From Eledone cirrhosa (taxonomy: Eukaryota), in contig OZ024740.1 in the NCBI GenBank assembly GCA_964016885.1, positions 71,300,001 to 71,364,000 on the forward strand: DNA of 64,000 nucleotides, given 5' to 3'. The notes under the pieces are model-generated. The model was not told the DNA's origin. It was given only the letters and a program-made list of their open reading frames with translations, and did not search any database. Made by a program: the position numbers and the translations under genes. This document shows positions 26,411-38,947 of the stretch, piece by piece. The number at the start of each line of letters is the position of its first letter. The first letter of the stretch is position 1.

Positions 26411-27609
26411 GTGTATGTATGTATATATATGTATATATATGTGTGTGTGTATATATATGTGTATGTGTGTATATATATGTGTATGTATGTATATGTGTGT
26501 ATATATGTATGTATATATATATATATATATGTGTGTATGTATATATATGTATGTGTATGTATATATATATATGTGTATGTATATATATATATGTGTATGT
26601 GTATATATATGTGTGTATGTATATATATGTGTGTGTATGTGTGTATGTATATATATGTGTGTGTATGTATGTATATATATATATGTATATATATGTGTAT
26701 GTATGTATATATATATATATATATGTGTATGTATATATATATATGTGTATGTATGTATATGTATATATATATGTATGTGTATGTATATATATATGTGTAT
26801 GTATGTATGTGTGTGTGTGTATGTATGTATATATATGTGTATGTATGTATGTATGTATATATATATATATATGTGTATGTGTATGTATGTATATATATAT
26901 ATGTATGTGTATGTATGTATGTATGTATGTGTATGTATATGTGTATGTATATATATATATATGTATGTATGTGTATGTATATGTATATATATATATGTAT
27001 GTGTGTGTGTATATATATGTGTATGTATATGTGTGTATATATATATGTGTATGTATATATATATATATATGTGTATGTATATGTATATATATATGTGTAT
27101 GTATATGTATGTGTGTATGTGTATGTATATATATATATATATGTGTATGTATGTATATGTGTGTATATATGTGTATGTATATATATATGTATGTGTATGT
27201 ATGTATATATATATATATGTGTATGTATGTATGTATGTATATATGTGTGTGTATGTATGTATGTGTATATGTGTATGTATGTATATGTATATATATATGT
27301 GTATGTATGTATATGTATATATATGTGTATGTATGTATATATATATATATATGTGTATGTATATATATATATATATGTGTATGTATATGTATGTGTGTAT
27401 GTGTATGTATATATATATGTGTATATATATGTATGTATGTATATGTGTATATATGTATGTATGTATATATATATATATGTATGTATGTATATATGTATAT
27501 GTATATGTATGTATGTGTGTATATATATATGTGTATGTATATATATATATATATGTGTATGTATATGTATATATATATGTGTATGTATATATATATATAT
27601 ATGTGTATG
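24104..27609. repeat. 3.5-kb (TA/TG) mosaic array, strict T-purine alternation
   Basis: Almost every second base is T and the other is A or G; no CA runs seen on this strand. Confidence 0.95.
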
Positions 27610-28218
27610 TCAGGTCACCAGTTGGTGCTACTGGTAACATGTATCCCAGTACAACCTGTCTCATGGTCGGGTCGTTGGCGACTAAACTGGCAACCCCACC
27701 AAGGTTTCTTGGTGAGGAGGGTGACTTTGGACATCCTGCAGGACTAAAAACAAAACCTGTCAAAGGGCAAGGGAGCTCTTAAGACTCAATAGCCATCCAA
27801 AATCACCGGGAGAGATGACCCCTTAGCCTTTGTCAAGGCAGAATTCTAGGAGAAGGAAAACTCTGATATAACACCTGCAACCCTGATGGTATCCAATGAT
27901 GTTGACTTGTTCTTCTTTTTGGTAAATATCATCTTGGTTAAGAGAGTGGGACTGGCTTTGTGCAGTGCCTTTGCTCACTATAAAAGCTTCACAGCACAGG
28001 CATTGCTTTATATCTGGAGATCTCTCTGCACTTGTCATCACATGGTACCATGGGCCCAGCACTATGTGTCAATAATTGTCACAAGTGTAGTCTTTGTACC
28101 AGAGTTTTCAAGTCGCTGGCTGGACTAAAATGTCACATTTGTTCAGCGCATTGGTAGGGGTTCTCCTACATGGATATAAAGTAGTGGCCGTACTCGAAAA
28201 CGAGTTGGCAGCCACCAT
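27610..28218 (+). mobile_element. ~610-bp non-autonomous bipartite RTE derivative, copy 1
   Basis: RTE-type 5' UTR motif ctaggagaaggaaaactctga; 3' part encodes a C..C...FKSLAGLK.H remnant; ends tggccgtactcgaaaacgagttggcagccacc then (ATGT)n. Confidence 0.85.
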
Positions 28219-28237
28219 GTATGTATGTATGTTTGTG

Positions 28238-28839
28238 TCAGGTCACCAGTTGGTGCTACTGGTAACATGTATCCCAGTACAACCTGTCTCATGGTCGGGT
28301 CGTTGGCGACTAAACTGGCAACCCCACCAAGGTTTCTTGGTGAGGAGGGTGCCTTTAGACAGGACTAAAAACAAAACCTGTCAAAAGGCAAAGGGGCTCT
28401 TAAGAGTCAATAGCCATCCAAAATCACCGGGAGAGGTGACCCCTTAGCCTTTGTCAAGGCAGAATTCTAGGAGAAGGAAAACTCTGATATAACACCTGCA
28501 ACCCTGATGGTATCCAATGATGTTGAATTGTTCTTCTTTTTGGTAAATATCATCTTGGTTAAGAGAGTGGGACTGGCTTTGTGCAGTGCCTTTGCTCACT
28601 ATAAAAGCTTCACGGCACAGGCATTGCTTTATATCTGGAGATCTCTCTGCACTTGTCGTTACATGGTACCATGGGCCCAGCACTATGTGTCAGTAATTGT
28701 CACAAGTGTAGTGTTTGTACCAGAGTTTTCAAGTCGCTGGCTGGACTAAAAAGTCACACTCGTTCAGCGCATTGGTAGGGGTTCTCCTACATGGATATAA
28801 TGTAGTGGCCGTACTCGAAAACGAGTTGGCAGCCACCAT
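28238..28839 (+). mobile_element. Non-autonomous RTE derivative, copy 2
   Basis: Near-identical to copy 1, separated from it by (ATGT)n. Confidence 0.85.
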
Positions 28840-28867
28840 GTATGTATGTATGTGTGTATGTATGTAT

Positions 28868-29635
28868 GATCGTAATAAATGGGGAAAGACTGTATATAAG
28901 AGAAAAGTTGCCTTTGAGGCATCTCGAATCGCATACGAGAAAGTAAAGCGGGATGTGAGGAAGGGCATTGCTGTTGCACTTCCAGACGGCGAGGGTCCTC
29001 CTATGGTGCTGACATGCAGCGTCTGTGCGAGACCCTGCCTAAGCAAAGCTGGACTCGAAAGTCATCTTCGCAGTCATAAAGTAAGACCAGTGGTTGACTA
29101 CCAGGCTGCTGTTGGAGATGCTACTCATCATGCTTGCCAAACATGTGGTAGAGAATGTAAATCAGCAGGAGGGCTCAAGCGACATGCAAAAGTACACAAA
29201 CTCCAACCACAGCCGACTATTCCCAGTGAATGTTTTGGTTGCCGACTCTGTGCAAGACATTTTAGATCATTGGCTGGGCTAAAAAGCCACATTCGATCGC
29301 AGCGCTGTTAGTTGCTATCGTGTGTGTGTATAGATATGTTTATGTGTGTGCGTGTATGTGTATATATATGTATATGTATATTATTATTGCTGTTGTCGTT
29401 ATTATTATTGTTGTTATTATTGTTGTTATTATTATTATTATTATTATTGTTATTAATGTATATGTGTGTATGTATATATGTGTGTGTGTATATATGTATG
29501 TGTATGTGTATATATATATATATATATATTTCTTTTTTTTATTTTTATTTTATTTTTTATTTATTTATTAATTTTTTTTTTTTCTCCTCGTGCAATGGCC
29601 ATACTCGATAACGAGGGGGCAGCCATCATCATCAT
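28868..29635 (+). mobile_element. RTE (BovB-like) LINE 3' end with three C2H2-type fingers; 3' UTR split by microsatellites
   Basis: DRNKWGKTV...FEASR...KRDVRK then CSVCARPCLSKAGLESHLRSH, CQTCGRECKSAGGLKRHAKVH, CRLCARHFRSLAGLKSHIRS; stop at 29311; terminal tggccatactcgataacgagggggcagcc(atc)n at 29596-29635. Confidence 0.85.
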
Positions 29636-29663
29636 GTATGTATGTATATATATATATGTATAC

Positions 29664-29744
<81 letters not shown>

Positions 29745-29760
29745 TGTATATATATATATA

Positions 29761-30216
29761 TCATCATCATCATCATCATCATTGTTTAACGTCTGTGTTC
29801 CACGCTTGCATGGGTTTGGACGGGAGTTTTCCCACTTGAGACAAGAGTGGTTGTCTTGCTTGCATAGGACTGTCTGGCGGGTTTTCTACAGCTTGATGCC
29901 CTTCCTAACACCAACCACATTTACAGTGTGGGGCTGGGAGGTTTTTACCGTGTTGCCTACACGGCCACATTACAGCGTGGACTATCTGGCGGGTTTTCTA
30001 CAGCTGGATGCCCTTCCTAACACCAACCACATTTACAGTGTGGGACTGGGAGGTTTTTACCGTGTTACCTACACGGCCACATTACAGCGTGGACTGTGTG
30101 TTTTTTTGTCGTGACACCTACACAATCTCATTTGTTTCGGCCTGGATGTTGTGGTACCAACATAACTTTACATTGAAAGGGGCGGTGTGGATGGGGTGGG
30201 GGTGGTGTGACGGGGG

Positions 30217-30220
<4 letters not shown>
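29761..30220 (-). mobile_element. RTE LINE 3' UTR-only copy
   Basis: Closely matches 22782-23238 including the internal duplication. Confidence 0.9.
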
Positions 30221-30955
<735 letters not shown>

Positions 30956-30958
30956 GTG

Positions 30959-31055
<97 letters not shown>

Positions 31056-31338
31056 ATATATATATATATATAAACGGAAAAAATGAAACGAAATTTCATT
31101 TCTCACTCTTAGTATGGCTGTTACTTAAATATAAGTATGTATACGTACATACATATATGTATACAGACGTACAGTAGTATGTATATATATATACATACAT
31201 GCACACATATATATATGTACGTCTGGATTCACCGAACATTTATTATAATGCTCGGTGTGTTTGTAAACAAATATCCCGAATTAAGCCGTACAGTGTCTAG
31301 CAACCATCGTTGCTCATTTGTTCAACACTGACAAAGGA

Positions 31339-31381
31339 ACGCTGTACTAGTTTCAAGCTTATTAGCTATCGTCAGCAACGT
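31339..31381 (-). ncRNA. Minimal hammerhead ribozyme (family B)
   Basis: acgttg-CTGACGA-t-agct(aata)agct-t-GAAA-ctag-TA-cagcgt. Confidence 0.8.
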
Positions 31382-31770
31382 ATACCTTCTTGCCAGATGA
31401 TTGAAGTCTGAAAGTATATACTTTCCTTATGTATATTAATGGCTGAGCAGCCTAATTTGCACATCGAGTGAGTTAATCGGCCGGGGTACCGAAAACGATA
31501 AACGGAAAAAATGAAACAAAATTTAATTTCTCACTCTTAGTACGGCTGTTACTTAAATATAAGTATGTATACGTACATACATATATGTATACAGACGTAA
31601 AGTAGTATGTATATATATATACATACGTGCACACATATATATATATATGTACGTATGGATTCACCGAACATTTATTATAATGCTCGGTGTGTTTGTAAAC
31701 AAAAATCCCGAATTAAGCCGTACAGTGTCTAGCAACCATCGTTGCTCATTTGTTCAACACTGACAAAGAG

Positions 31771-31813
31771 ACGCTGTACTAGTTTCAAGCTTATTAGCTA
31801 TCGTCAGCAACGT
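31771..31813 (-). ncRNA. Minimal hammerhead ribozyme (family B)
   Basis: Same motif, 432 nt from the previous one. Confidence 0.8.
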
Positions 31814-32261
31814 ATACCTTCCTGCCAGATGATTGAACGTCTGAAAGTATATACTTTCCTTATGCATATTAACGGCTGAGCAGCCTAATTTGCATATCGA
31901 GTGAGTTAATCGGCCGGGGTATTTATTATAATGCTCGGTGTGTTTACAAACACACCAAGCATTATAATAAATGTTCGGTGAATCCATACGTACATATATA
32001 TATATATGTGTGCATGTATGTATATATATATACATACTACTGTACGTCTGTATACATATATGTATGTACGTATAGATACTTATATTTAAGTAACAGCCGT
32101 ACTAAGAGTGAGAAATGAAATTTCGTTTCATTTTTTCCGTTTATCGTTTTCGGTACCCCGGCCGATTAACTCACTCGATATGCAAATTAGGCTGCTCAGC
32201 CGTTAATATGCATAAGGAAAGTATATACTTTCAGACGTTCAATCATCTGGCAGGAAGGTAT

Positions 32262-32303
32262 ATGTTGCTGACGATAGCTAATAAGCTTGAAACTAGTACA
32301 GCC
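32262..32303 (+). ncRNA. Minimal hammerhead ribozyme (family B)
   Basis: gttg-CTGACGA-tagctaataagctt-GAAA-ctag-TA-cagc. Confidence 0.78.
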
Positions 32304-32509
32304 TTCCTTTGTCAGTGTTGAACAAATGAGCAACGATGGTTGCTAGACACTGTACGGCTTAATTCTGGATGTTTGTTTACAAACACACCGAGCATTATAA
32401 TAAATGTTCGGTGAATCCAGACGTACATATATATATGTGTGCATGTATGTATATATATATACATACTACTGTACGCCTGTATACATATATGTATGTACGT
32501 ATACATACT

Positions 32510-32596
<87 letters not shown>

Positions 32597-32643
32597 ATAT
32601 ATATATATATGTATATATGTATATATGTGTATATATGTATGTA

Positions 32644-32719
<76 letters not shown>

Positions 32720-32864
32720 TAAACGGAATAGAAAATGCTGACAAATTGTTCACAGTGAAAAATAGTTTAATTAAGAATAAATGAGAATTAGTAATTGTAT
32801 TGGTTAGTATTCAGTTTTGGTTTTAAGTTTTACCGGTTGCGCATTTCTAAATGCTTTTCAAAAT

Positions 32865-33308
32865 GCCAAAGTACTGCCAACCACAACAACGAAACTCACA
32901 GTAAAAAAATGCGATAGACCCAACTGTGGCATTTGCATCAACCTAATAGAGGGTTCGGAATTCTATTTCAAAGAAGGACAACGTTTTATAGTAAAACACA
33001 ATTTCACATGTGCATCGGAAAATCTAATATATCTATTAACTTGCTCAGGTTGTCGAGAACAATACATAGGCCAGACCAAAAACACCCTCCGCCAACGCAT
33101 GACTGTCCATAGATCCCAAATTAAAATACGGGAATACAGGAAAATACCACTGAGTGAACACATTGATACCTGTGCCGCCCAAAATCATTCCAACTTCAGA
33201 ATCTTTCCCCTCTACAAATTTAAAGATAATGCCACCCACACCCAGCGCATCAGCAAGGAATCTTACTTTATTAACAAATACGGACACCGTCTAAACATTT
33301 CTCCCTAA
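32865..33308 (+). pseudogene. PLE GIY-YIG endonuclease domain (open frame, no own start)
   Basis: LIY...YIG motifs with CxxC linker. Confidence 0.85.
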
Positions 33309-33684
33309 GACGAACCCACAACATACACACGTCAACATACATACCTACATCAGCACACATCTCTACCCACATATAAACACAATGACATACGTAAACACAC
33401 ATGTTCTATGGTGCAACACAAAAAAAAAATATATATGTATACATATATAGTGAATATATGTATGTATATATATATAGTGAATATCATTTCACACCTTTTA
33501 TTGTTAAAGTTTTTGATGTTCTATTGAGAGAATCGTTTTTACTGAAAATATCGAATAATGTACACCATTTTACCAGGAAAAAAATACTGGTCCACCCACA
33601 CACACACACACACATTCTCTCTCACACACACACACATATATACACACACACATACACACGCGTACATTAACATACAAAGAGACT

Positions 33685-33734
<50 letters not shown>

Positions 33735-33739
<5 letters not shown>

Positions 33740-33985
33740 CTCCGTATAAGACAAGAGCTGAAAAATATCTTTTAACATGTTAAAATATCCCCCACTCCCT
33801 TACAAACACATTCCTACTGACCATCCCTCTACCACGAATTACTCTGCTACACACACACACACACACTTCTCCGTATAAGACAAGAGCTGAAAAATATCTT
33901 TTGACATGTTAAAATATCCCCCACTCCCTTACAGACACATTCCTACTGACCATCCCTCTACCACGAATTACTCTGCTATACACAC
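33735..33985. repeat. ~127-bp tandem duplication anchored on (CA)n in the PLE 3' UTR
   Basis: cttctccgtataagacaagag...gaattactctgcta occurs twice. Confidence 0.9.
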
Positions 33986-34085
33986 ACACACACTTGTCTT
34001 AATAGGCATTTGAACTGTCAACAGGCTGCGGTTCGCACACACATCCCTGCTAACCATTATCACAACAACGAACACTTTACTACTA

Positions 34086-34155
<70 letters not shown>

Positions 34156-34570
34156 TTGCTGTGAAAGAGTCATTTCTCAGTCTTGGCGCAAAATCAATTT
34201 TTTACATTCACATGACCTCTACCGACCAATCAAAATTGTTTTGACCAACAAGAATTTTTGCAACACGAATTGGCGCAAAAGATAATTTTAATAGTGCTGG
34301 AGCCATTTTTTTAACATAAAAACAGGTAGAATTCCCAAAACTAATCAGATCAGAGCAAACATCACGGACGCTCTATCTCAAAATTATTTTTGAAAAGCAT
34401 TTAGAAATGCGCAACCGGTAAAACTTAAAACCAAAACTGAATACTAACCAATACAATTACTAATTCTCATTTATTCCTAATTAAACTATTTTTCACTGTG
34501 AACAATTTGTCAGCATTTTCTATTCCATTTACCAATATATAATAACTTGTGTGTTACACCTCTATTCTTT

Positions 34571-34689
<119 letters not shown>

Positions 34690-34700
34690 ATATGTATATA

Positions 34701-35124
34701 AGGCCATCCAAAATCACCGGGAGAGATGACCCCTTAGCCTTTGTCAAGGCAGAATTCTAGGAGAAGGAAAACTCTGATATAACACCTGCAACTCTGATGG
34801 TATCCAATGATGTTGACTTGTTCTTCTTTTTGGTAAATATCATCTTGGTTAAGAGAGTGGGACTGGCTTTGTGCAGTGCCTTTGCTCACTATAAAAGCTT
34901 CACGGCACAGGCATTGCTTTATATCTGGAGATCTCTCTGCACTTGTCATCACATGGTACCATGGGCCCAGCACTATGTGTCAATAATTGTCACAAGTGTA
35001 GTGTTTGTACCAGAGTTTTCAATCACTGGCTGGACTAAAAAGTCACACTCGTTCAGCGCATCGGTAGGGGTTCTCCTACATGGATATAAAGTAGTGGCCG
35101 TACTCGAAAACGAGTTGGCAGCCA

Positions 35125-35128
<4 letters not shown>
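34701..35128 (+). mobile_element. Non-autonomous RTE derivative, 5'-truncated copy 3
   Basis: Matches 27792-28218; lies within (TA)n. Confidence 0.85.
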
Positions 35129-35203
<75 letters not shown>

Positions 35204-35386
35204 TATATATATATATATAATAGGATATGTGTTCCTTCACGCACAAGGCGCTAAGGTACGCATGTATTGTCCAACCAAATGCCAGTGTGGTTCAATGGCG
35301 GGTTAATAAATTAACGAGCCAGAACAAATATAAACAAGGTTTAGCAAATAATGAAAAAGTTTCAAAATAAATTTTAAAAAATTGAC

Positions 35387-35585
<199 letters not shown>

Positions 35586-35589
35586 TTAT

Positions 35590-35645
<56 letters not shown>

Positions 35646-35683
35646 TTGCGAGGTTTTTTGTATGAAATCGTGTGTCGAAACAA

Positions 35684-36922
35684 ATATTGTTATACTTGGG
35701 GAGGGTCATATTTATGTAATATTGCCAGAATTAATAACAGAACACACTCACTGTTTGGTTGGTTTTCGCTTTTCGCTTCTGTGTCTTTTATTTCGGTTAA
35801 TTTCATTTATTCGGTCCTCAATGTTGCCATTGACTGACCAAAGCTCAAAAATACAGATACAATATAGACACAAACACATATATATATAGTTTATCAAAGT
35901 TCTTTCGTTGCACATCTGCAACAACGTCAGTGGTGCTATTTTTTCCTCCTGTTGCATTGTATTTTCTACGGCATCTTTATTTAGTCTGTTTATATATTTA
36001 TTTATTTGTTTATTTTATTTTGTCTTCTTTGCGCATGCGTTTGCGTGTGTGTATAGTATTTTGTTTGATGTGTGTTCGTGATTGGGTGACTGCATATTGG
36101 TTAATGTATTCTATCTTTACTAGTGTTAATGTATTCTATCTTTACTAGTTAATGTATTCTATCTTTACTAGTGTACGTAGCACAGGTGAAAGGATAGACC
36201 AGCACTGGGGGGAACTAAAAGGACGAAAACACGGTTCAGTACTATATGAACATGCCAGACAACAACACGTCGGTAACATAGACAACATAGAAATTAGAAT
36301 AATATCTAAACATAGAAATGACCCAGCAGATAGGCAAATCAGAGAGGCCAGTGAAATAGAACTTAGAAGGCTAAGGCTAAACAGAAAAAATGAATGGAAT
36401 AACAACAACACGCAAACAAACGACACTGACCTAAGAGAAGTATAAATAAATAAATAAATAGATAAATAAATAAATACATACACAAGCACAATAACAACAA
36501 ACACATATAAACACACACTAGTAAAGATAGAATACATTAACCAATACACAGTCACCCAATCATAAACACACATCAAACAAAACACTATATACACACGCAA
36601 ACGCATGCGCAAAGAAGACAAAATATATAAACAGACTAAATAAAGATGGCGTAGAAAATACAATGCAACGGGAGGAAACAATAGCACCACTGACGTTGTT
36701 GCAGATGTGCAACGAAAGAACTTTGATAAACTATATATATGTGTTTGTATCTGTATTTTTGAGCTTTGGTCAGTCAATGGCAACATTGAGGACCGAATAA
36801 ATTAAATTACTGATATAAAAGACATAGAAGCGAAAAGCGAAAACCAACCAAACAGTGAGTGTGTTCTGTTATTAATTCTGGCAATATTACACAAATATGA
36901 CCCTCCCCAAGTATAACAATAT
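35684..36922 (+). mobile_element. Penelope-like element 3' end (Naiad-like) with ~420-bp inverted pLTR arms
   Basis: RSTGERIDQH...H...H...RQIREASEI...LNRKNEWN at 36175-36400; arms 35684-36126 and 36514-36922; terminus tgaccctccccaagtataac then (AT)n. Confidence 0.85.
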
Positions 36923-36967
36923 ATATATACACATATATATATATATATATTGACCCTCCGAAAGTAT

Positions 36968-37070
<103 letters not shown>

Positions 37071-38452
37071 GGTTATACTTTGGGAGGGTCATGTTGCCAA
37101 TAAGAAACACATGCACCAGTTGCTTTAAGTTCAATCTATTATAAATTAAATTTATAAATTTCCGGTTGGTTGGTTGGTTGGTTGCACAACCAGATGATTG
37201 TTCATATATTGTCAAAGTTTTTTCGTCACACATTCTGTGACCTCTTCAGTGACTGGTGATTTTTTTTTTTTTTTGGTGCCTCTCCTTTGTTCTGTCCTAC
37301 GCCATCTTGTTTTTGTGTGTTGTGTGCTTAGTTTGCACATGTGTTACATCCGGGTGTTTGTGTGTGTTTATATTTGTTTATTTATTTGTTTGTTTACATG
37401 TTACATGTTACTGGTTGGTTGTTTGTTCTATGTGTGTGTGTGTTTTCATTTTGTCCTTAATTGTAAGTTGTGATGTTGCTGTTCCATTCATGTTTTCTAT
37501 TTAATTTTGGTTGGAGTTCATTTATGTTTATTGCCTCTGTGATTTGTCTAAACATTGCGTCTTTTCTGTGTGTAGATTCTATTTTTATTTCTATGTTCTC
37601 AAATTTACCCTTATGTTCTATTTTAGCATGTTGGTGGAGTACTGATGATTCTTTACTATCTTGAAGCTCTCGCCGGTGTTCATTTATCCGTTCCCCTATA
37701 CTACGAGCTGTCTCACCTATGTACACTATATTCTTATCTCTACATTGTCCTTCAGTACATCTTATGTTATATACTACATTTCTAGTTTTACAGTTTTACA
37801 GATTATACATTTATTATCTATACAGGGAGGTCTTTGAAAAGGGTATGCATTGCTAATAAGTGTTTTTATGGAGGTACCTGGTCTTTCTACTATCTTAATA
37901 TTGAGTTTATGTTTATCTAGGGCCCTTCTAAATTGGTAAGCTAATTCACCTCTAGGGGTTGTATCGATGAACATTACACTCTGGTATTTATTGCTATCAT
38001 ACCATGAGTTTATTCTATTAACCTTATTCCTAGTTCTTTCTATTCTATTCCAAAATTTGCTCCTATACAAGGGGCAGGTCCCATTTGTATCATTATTTAC
38101 GATTTTTTCCCATTTGGTTCTGGCTCCTCTATATACTCTGATTTTATCTCTCTGATTGTAACCAGAGAACTGCATACGGTGGATGAAGTGTTGTATGTGT
38201 CAAGCAAACACCCCAACCATCGATTACCTGTACTAGACACAGAACTCTGGTTAGATACCATTAATAACAAAAAACAAATCCTCCATTCCCATTATGCCAA
38301 ACCCATGACTTCCAAATATCTGATCCACCAAAACTCAGCTGTTTCGGACCATACCAAAATCAACATACTGATTGCGGATTTGGTACGGGTGATGAGAAAC
38401 GTGTCCCTCATGTGCAACCCCAAAGAACTAGGATGACACATACAACACTTCA
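37071..38452 (-). mobile_element. Penelope-like element (Naiad-like; RT thumb to GIY-YIG) with 5' inversion
   Basis: Minus strand: MQFSGY...PLYRSKFW...TPRGEL...IKIVERPG...C..C..C, YIGETARS..ER..EH, RQITEA, LNRKHEW. Plus strand 38200-38452: RLPVLD...HYAKPM...SA...KINIL...RVMRNVS. Clade assignment is from memory of motifs. Confidence 0.85.
37211..37253 (-). ncRNA. Degenerate hammerhead in pLTR
   Basis: gtca-CTGAAGA-g-gtcaca(gaatg)tgtgac-GAAA-aaactt-tgac; homolog at 1517-1559 has CTGATGA. Confidence 0.5.
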
Positions 38453-38655
38453 AAAATAAGGAGTGGCACCCCAATTTGAACTTGTTTATAGAATTCATTC
38501 TGCCTTTGTCACTCTAAATATAAATTATAGCCTTAAAGAATTAGCTTTTAATGAATTCCCTTTTCTTTCAACCAATGACCTCCACCCATCCCACTCTCCA
38601 CCCTCTCCTACCACATGAAAAGATATAAATACCACAGCATTTATTTTGGACAGCC

Positions 38656-38706
38656 AGATTCCTGATGATTTCTAAAGAATGAAACAGTTCTAGTCCTGTA
38701 GAATCT
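38656..38706 (+). ncRNA. Type I hammerhead ribozyme with full stem III, at a probable PLE 3' end (38453-38720)
   Basis: agattc-CTGATGA-t-ttc(taaa)gaa-t-GAA-acag(ttctagtc)ctgt-A-gaatct; GUA triplet; followed by attaaa and (TA)n. Confidence 0.78.
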
Positions 38707-38748
38707 CATCTATATTAAAACTATATATATATATGTGTGTGTGTGTGT

Positions 38749-38809
<61 letters not shown>

Positions 38810-38812
<3 letters not shown>

Positions 38813-38947
38813 GTGTGTGCATTGACTCAACATATATCTTTAATCTCTCTATTCTGCTTAGCAACATCTAGCATGGTAGGTTTTAGATATCTACTCATGC
38901 CTCAGATTTAATCCAAAGCAAATTCACAAATCCACTTACAGTTTGAC
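38810..38947. repeat. Right arm of the inverted duplication (partner 18465-18600)
   Basis: Reverse-complement match. Confidence 0.92.

Larger units (their letters stand above)
31073..32511. mobile_element. Palindromic array of ~430-nt hammerhead-bearing units (family B)
   Basis: Two minus-sense units 31073-31920, hairpin junction 31921-31972, about 1.3 plus-sense units to 32511; flanked by (TA)n. Confidence 0.85.

Noticed and set aside
23564-27782. Very long ORFs of 578-1357 aa (Y/I/M/C/V or Y/I/H/T rich)
   Set aside because: Artefacts of the TA/TG array, which cannot form stop codons; the same applies to the other YIYI ORFs.
28715-29311. Host C2H2 zinc-finger gene
   Set aside because: No TGEKP linkers; preceded by RTE C-terminal motifs and followed by a LINE tail; the ORF start is borrowed from the neighbouring repeat.
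32737-32765. Hammerhead-like ctgacaa-attgt/acagt-gaaa
   Set aside because: Core deviates from CUGANGA, it is antisense to the ORF-linked copy, and there is no convincing cleavage site.
38434-38436. In-frame TGA in the Naiad-like ORF as selenocysteine
   Set aside because: Not at a Cys-motif position, the linker cysteines I read are ordinary Cys codons, and I saw no SECIS; a nonsense mutation is more likely.
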